Positions 35,906 through 41,069 of a DNA stretch of 41,069 bases are shown here, one piece after another. How positions within the stretch are numbered: position 1 is the stretch's first letter; the number at the start of each line of letters is the position of its first letter. The stretch is taken from positions 41,055,891-41,096,959 of the forward strand of contig NC_068998.1 of assembly GCF_001194135.2 (NCBI RefSeq), in the 5' to 3' direction. The notes under the pieces were generated by a model, which saw nothing but the letters and a program-made list of their open reading frames with translations, was not told where the DNA came from and ran no database searches. This DNA is from Octopus bimaculoides (Eukaryota). A program made the translations under genes and the position numbers.

Positions 35906-36914
35906 NNNNNNNNNNNNNNNNNNNNNNNNNNNNNNNNNNNNNNNNNNNNNNNNNNNNNNNNNNNNNNNNNNNNNNNNNNNNNNNNNNNNNNNNNNNNNNN
36001 NNNNNNNNNNNNNNNNNNNNNNNNNNNNNNNNNNNNNNNNNNNNNNNNNNNNNNNNNNNNNNNNNNNNNNNNNNNNNNNNNNNNNNNNNNNNNNNNNNNN
36101 NNNNNNNNNNNNNNNNNNNNNNNNNNNNNNNNNNNNNNNNNNNNNNNNNNNNNNNNNNNNNNNNNNNNNNNNNNNNNNNNNNNNNNNNNNNNNNNNNNNN
36201 NNNNNNNNNNNNNNNNNNNNNNNNNNNNNNNNNNNNNNNNNNNNNNNNNNNNNNNNNNNNNNNNNNNNNNNNNNNNNNNNNNNNNNNNNNNNNNNNNNNN
36301 NNNNNNNNNNNNNNNNNNNNNNNNNNNNNNNNNNNNNNNNNNNNNNNNNNNNNNNNNNNNNNNNNNNNNNNNNNNNNNNNNNNNNNNNNNNNNNNNNNNN
36401 NNNNNNNNNNNNNNNNNNNNNNNNNNNNNNNNNNNNNNNNNNNNNNNNNNNNNNNNNNNNNNNNNNNNNNNNNNNNNNNNNNNNNNNNNNNNNNNNNNNN
36501 NNNNNNNNNNNNNNNNNNNNNNNNNNNNNNNNNNNNNNNNNNNNNNNNNNNNNNNNNNNNNNNNNNNNNNNNNNNNNNNNNNNNNNNNNATATATATATA
36601 TATATACACATGTATATACACACATTGACACACACGCAAACGCACATACACCCTCACCACACACATATATTTTTTCGGCGGACATCCATCGCAAGGCAAA
36701 TCTCAATAGCTAATTAGATTTTAAAAATTAAAAATATACATATTCATCTATGTATATATATGTATATTTACATTTATATATATGCATTTTTGTAAAATTA
36801 CATAAATATTATACAATATATATATGCGTTAGAGGAAAAGGACAACAAGACCCAAGGCAGGACGAGTATCTCAAGTCATTTATAATAACTTAATTAGGAT
36901 AAGGTGAATTTGAA

Positions 36915-36990
36915 GTCTTACAGCTGTTTCTGGGATATCCTAATTGATAGGCTAGCATGTCCGTACACTGGTTATTCCGTCATCAGAGAC
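36915..36990 (-). ncRNA. Type I hammerhead ribozyme, Penelope-style, with extended stem II
   Basis: Minus strand: GUCU-CUGAUGA-CGGAAUA-(35 nt)-UAUCCCA-GAAAC-AGCU-GUA-AGAC; stem I GUCU/AGAC, palindromic ACAGCUGU, GUA triplet; C/A mismatch at the base of stem II. Confidence 0.7.
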
Positions 36991-37408
36991 AAGGTATGTA
37001 TGAAAGTTCTAGACGTAAATTCTCAGTTTGTAAGGAATAAAGAGTAAAAATAGATAGAGGAATACAGAGAGGAGAAAAAGTTCACATTACATCTTTGTCT
37101 AGAAGGTATGGAGGTTGTTCCGTACTTCCGTGAAGGTATAGGCCCTTAGGTATAATCCTAGGTAGTCCCAGGCAGTATTTTCACAGTATTTTGAATGATG
37201 TAGTGTTGTTGATTAAGTGGGTAGCTAGTATGTAAATGTTTCATGTGGGTATATAGAGTGAGAAAGACAAACATCAATATAGACAGAAGTAGGTTGTGAG
37301 TGAGTGGATAAAAGATAGAGGAGAAAGAGAGAAAAAAGAAAGGAATGGGATAGGTGCAGGAGAGAATGTGAGCGAAGGTAAAGTAAAATAGAAAATAAAG
37401 ATAGAGAT

Positions 37409-37789
37409 TGTTGGCACTCCGTCGCTTACGACGTCGAGGGTTCCAGTTGATCTGATCAACGGAACAGCCTGTTCGTGAAATTAACGTGCAAGTGGCTGAG
37501 CACTCCACAGACACGTGTACCCTTATCGTACTTCTCGGGGATATTCAGCGTGACAGAGAGTGACAAGGCTGACCCTTTGAATTACAGGCACAACAGAAAC
37601 AGGAAGAAAGAGTGAGAGAAATTATGGTGAAAGAGTACAGCAGGGTTCGCCACCATCCCCTGTCGGAGCATCGTGAAGCTTTAGGTGTTTTCGCTCAATA
37701 AACACTCGCAATGCCCGGTCTGGGAATCGAGACCGCGATCCTCTGACCGCGAGTCCGCTGCCCTAACCACTGGGCCATTGCGCCTCCAC
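37409..37789 (-). mobile_element. Full-length tRNA(Arg)-like SINE with 12-bp TSD
   Basis: AAAGATAGAGAT at 37397-37408 and 37790-37801; head GGCGCAATGGCCCAGTGGTTAGGGCAGCGGACTCGCGG (TCG in an anticodon-like loop); tail shared with family C. Confidence 0.92.
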
Positions 37790-38081
37790 AAAGATAGAGA
37801 TAAGATGCCAGTATTATTCTTCGTAAGGGTAGGTTCGGGGTGAGAGGTCAGGTGTTAAGGTTTTGGTAAAGTGTAAGAGGAAGGTATTTATATCTATTAA
37901 ATAGATGAAATCTAGGTTAGGTGTGGTCAGTGGTCAGTAGGGTTAGCTAAAAATGGATGCCAAGCTTAAGGGGGTATATATAGGATAAAACTACTATTAA
38001 ATTGATAAACGATGCGAATTCAAAAAAAAACTTAAGAATTAAAATTTAGAAGTTAAGTTAAAAATTGAAAATTAAAATTAA

Positions 38082-38143
38082 GTCTCACAGCTGTTTCTGG
38101 GATATTAGCATGTCCGTACACTAAGTATTCCGTTATCAGAGAC
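38082..38143 (-). ncRNA. Second, degenerate copy of the 36915 hammerhead
   Basis: GUCU-CUGAUAA-CGGAAUA-..-UAUCCCA-GAAAC-AGCU-GUG-AGAC; G8A and a GUG triplet. Confidence 0.65.
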
Positions 38144-38148
38144 ATATC

Positions 38149-38468
38149 TATATAGGTGCCACCCAAAACGAAATGAACAAATGCTTATCCACACAGTTAT
38201 ATACTTTTCGAAACAGGAATAAATATAACCCAACTGAATTGAGTAAATTCATTTGGGAACTGAAGGATCAAAATATCAGTTTTGATTTGGAATGGGATAC
38301 ACTTGCTTCAGAACCTTGTTATAGTGTAAAAAAAAAAAAAAATGTTTCCTTTGTATAAATGAAAATTTTTTCTTCCTAATGGCTAGACTCCTCTAGATCA
38401 ACCTGATAGAGGAACGAAATAATGCTTGTTTGTACATAGGTGAACATGTATTCTATAAATATAATTGA
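38149..38468 (+). mobile_element. Penelope-like element GIY-YIG endonuclease remnant
   Basis: YIGATQNEMNKCLSTQLYTFRNRNKYNPTELSKFIWELKDQNISFDLEWDTLASEPCYSVKK / KCFLCINE.. resembles PLE YIG.T...FK.R..NH..SF......TELSKYIW.LK......W.IL....Y......C.LC..EK; frameshift in the A-run near 38330-38342. Confidence 0.85.
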
Positions 38469-39889
38469 AACTAGTTAATTTTCTACCCCTCCTCTCTCAC
38501 AATAGTACCCATATATTTTCACCTCTAACCATAGATAAATATTACCTTAATTAATCTCTCCCTACCCCATTGTTAATGCTCAGCAATTAAATATCTTGAA
38601 ATAGATACACCAGTCTCCCCCTCTCGTACAATAACTTACTTTTAGCCCTCTCCCCCACACAATTAAACACTCTTCTTACGTAACAACTAAATATCCACTT
38701 TTTACTCTTATATAGGTACGTACTTATCTTTCTTTCTATATTAATTTATATATAACTGTATATATATGCGTGTACGTATGAATCTTTATCTATATGGCTA
38801 TTTGTGTATATATAAATACATCCATGGATATATATATATAAATTTACAAGTACCCATATGTATGCGAAGAGGCGCAGCATGATAAACATGCATATGCACA
38901 GATATACACAACATAATTCAAGGTTCTAGCTTGTCCCACTGGACCACCCCTCTTTTATGTTATCTGTAAAACTACATAACCACTTTAGTTTACTTTATCT
39001 ATTTAGTTATCCTTCGCAAAAAAATATATTATATAATATTATACATACATATATATATAACTAAGATAGCTAGATAAGTGTTACCCATGTAGCTACACAT
39101 GCATAGATTGGATATAGCCCGCCCATCAATACATATTACATAATATGATACATAAATAACACTGGTTAAACTTTCTTAACAACTTGAGAAATACATACAA
39201 AGTATGTATTTTTCAAGCTGTTAAAAAAGCTTAGATATTACTTGTAAAATCCATAATTGCCTCCCCTTAACCACAAATATTCCTAACTGTTTCCTACTAT
39301 ATTCACTGTTTACCTATTTCCGCTCCATCGATTAATGATTTTTAACGTCAATCCTTTTCATTTTGAAATTAACTGACCAAGAGTATCCTCGTACAGGCTA
39401 AATCATTCCTACACCAGATTTGCGGTTGTTTCAGGTATGCCTCTCACATACAACACTGAGTAAAATACATAAGAAATCACTGATAAAGAATTAAATTATA
39501 GTTAACTGTTATTATTTTAGTTCTGTAACTACCGGTATTTTCAATTTTATTTCTTACATTTTATTTTTTTATTTTAATTTTATGACCTGACCAAAATACT
39601 CCTATAGTTATTATATATTTAACCCACACCGGCAGTAGCCTTCCCCACCGTATTAGACAATGTACCACTAAGTATTATAGCGATTCTAATTCTATAACTG
39701 AACTTTTCGTCGGTCGAAAGGTTTCTGGAGGGATAGCATGTAACGTGAATTGATATATCCTTACTTTCTATCTTTCTCTTTATTTTTCTTCTCTTTTTCT
39801 TTATTTTTCTGCTCTGATGAAGTTCTATCATTTGAGTTGGTATTATTAATTATTTACAATGATAATAATAATTATTATTGTAGTTATTA

Positions 39890-39935
39890 AACCTGACAAT
39901 GTCTTGAATAGCGCCAACAGAAACAGCTGTCAGAT
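39890..39935 (+). ncRNA. Degenerate Penelope-style HHR remnant
   Basis: CUGACAA-UGUCUUG-AAUAGCGC-CAACA-GAAAC-AGCU-GUC; G8A, no stem I pairing. Confidence 0.45.
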
Positions 39936-40492
39936 GAGATATTGCCTTTTTATAATCAATAAATGCTAATTAATATTTATCAATTATCAATTTTATCTCC
40001 GTTTTCGTCTTTTTTCCTTATATGAATGTATGTATATATATATATATATATNNNNNNNNNNNNNNNNNNNNNNNNNNNNNNNNNNNNNNNNNNNNNNNNN
40101 NNNNNNNNNNNNNNNNNNNNNNNNNNNNNNNNNNNNNNNNNNNNNNNNNNNNNNNNNNNNNNNNNNNNNNNNNNNNNNNNNNNNNNNNNNNNNNNNNNNN
40201 NNNNNNNNNNNNNNNNNNNNNNNNNNNNNNNNNNNNNNNNNNNNNNNNNNNNNNNNNNNNNNNNNNNNNNNNNNNNNNNNNNNNNNNNNNNNNNNNNNNN
40301 NNNNNNNNNNNNNNNNNNNNNNNNNNNNNNNNNNNNNNNNNNNNNNNNNNNNNNNNNNNNNNNNNNNNNNNNNNNNNNNNNNNNNNNNNNNNNNNNNNNN
40401 NNNNNNNNNNNNNNNNNNNNNNNNATACATATCTTCATCTACATGTACATATAGATACATAACTGGGTACATGATGTGGCAAAAGAACATGG

Positions 40493-40541
<49 letters not shown>

Positions 40542-41069
40542 ATACACACGCACAAATATATATGCATTCGTGTATGTATGAATACACACAGATACATGTA
40601 TTTATGCATCTGTGCTTGTATACAAACGCTTTATATATTGTCTATTTTACATATACGTATATGCATACATACATACACACACACGCACGCGCACACACAC
40701 ACACACAGACACTCACACACACACACACACATATATATATATCATACACGCACACACGCACATATATAAAGTTGGGTAAATATTTAGTGCTACGCGACAA
40801 AATTGCCATATATATTGCGGCACTTCGTAATATCCAATTTAAACTCACCCTATTACATGACTCGGTAGGTTTCAAGCAATTATAATAGGACTATTACATT
40901 AGTATGCGAAGAGCATATCTAGCATGATATAAGAGAAACCCTTTTCTATATGTATATGTGTATATACATGTATGTATTTACGTATGTATGCATATATTTG
41001 TGTGCGCATAAATATATGTATACACACAAACAGACACACTTACAGACATATATATGTGTATATATATAT

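Noticed and set aside
39814-39840. CTGATGA box (also at 12557, and on the minus strand at 16461 and 27244)
   Set aside because: No downstream stem II plus GAAA; not hammerheads.

Overview
AT-rich, microsatellite-saturated eukaryotic DNA with 13 assembly gaps (about 7.4 kb of N). The SINE families and repeat style suggest an octopus/cephalopod genome (inference from memory, no search run). I find no supportable host protein-coding gene; nearly all long ORFs in the track are artefacts of N-runs or simple repeats. The window is mostly transposon debris: a CR1-like RT fragment, several mariner derivatives (one 228-bp element with perfect TIRs, one 707-bp element with both TIRs), a maT/DD37D-like transposase remnant, two HERO/R2-group REL-endonuclease remnants, a Penelope-type GIY-YIG remnant and many tRNA-derived SINEs. 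The main signal is RNA, not protein. About a dozen hammerhead-ribozyme (HHR)-like motifs occur, in at least three contexts. (1) An unclassified ~356-bp repeat family, tandem at 26345-26875 and head-to-head at 21056-21620, carries a type I HHR that is canonical at every core position at 21195-21242 (minus) and shows compensatory changes between copies; it is a candidate non-LTR retrozyme/circRNA family. (2) Penelope-style minimal HHRs with palindromic stem III, the best at 36915-36990 (minus). (3) An HHR-bearing tail next to a tRNA-like SINE head at 33355-33700. All alignments and folds were done by eye and need computational and biochemical confirmation.
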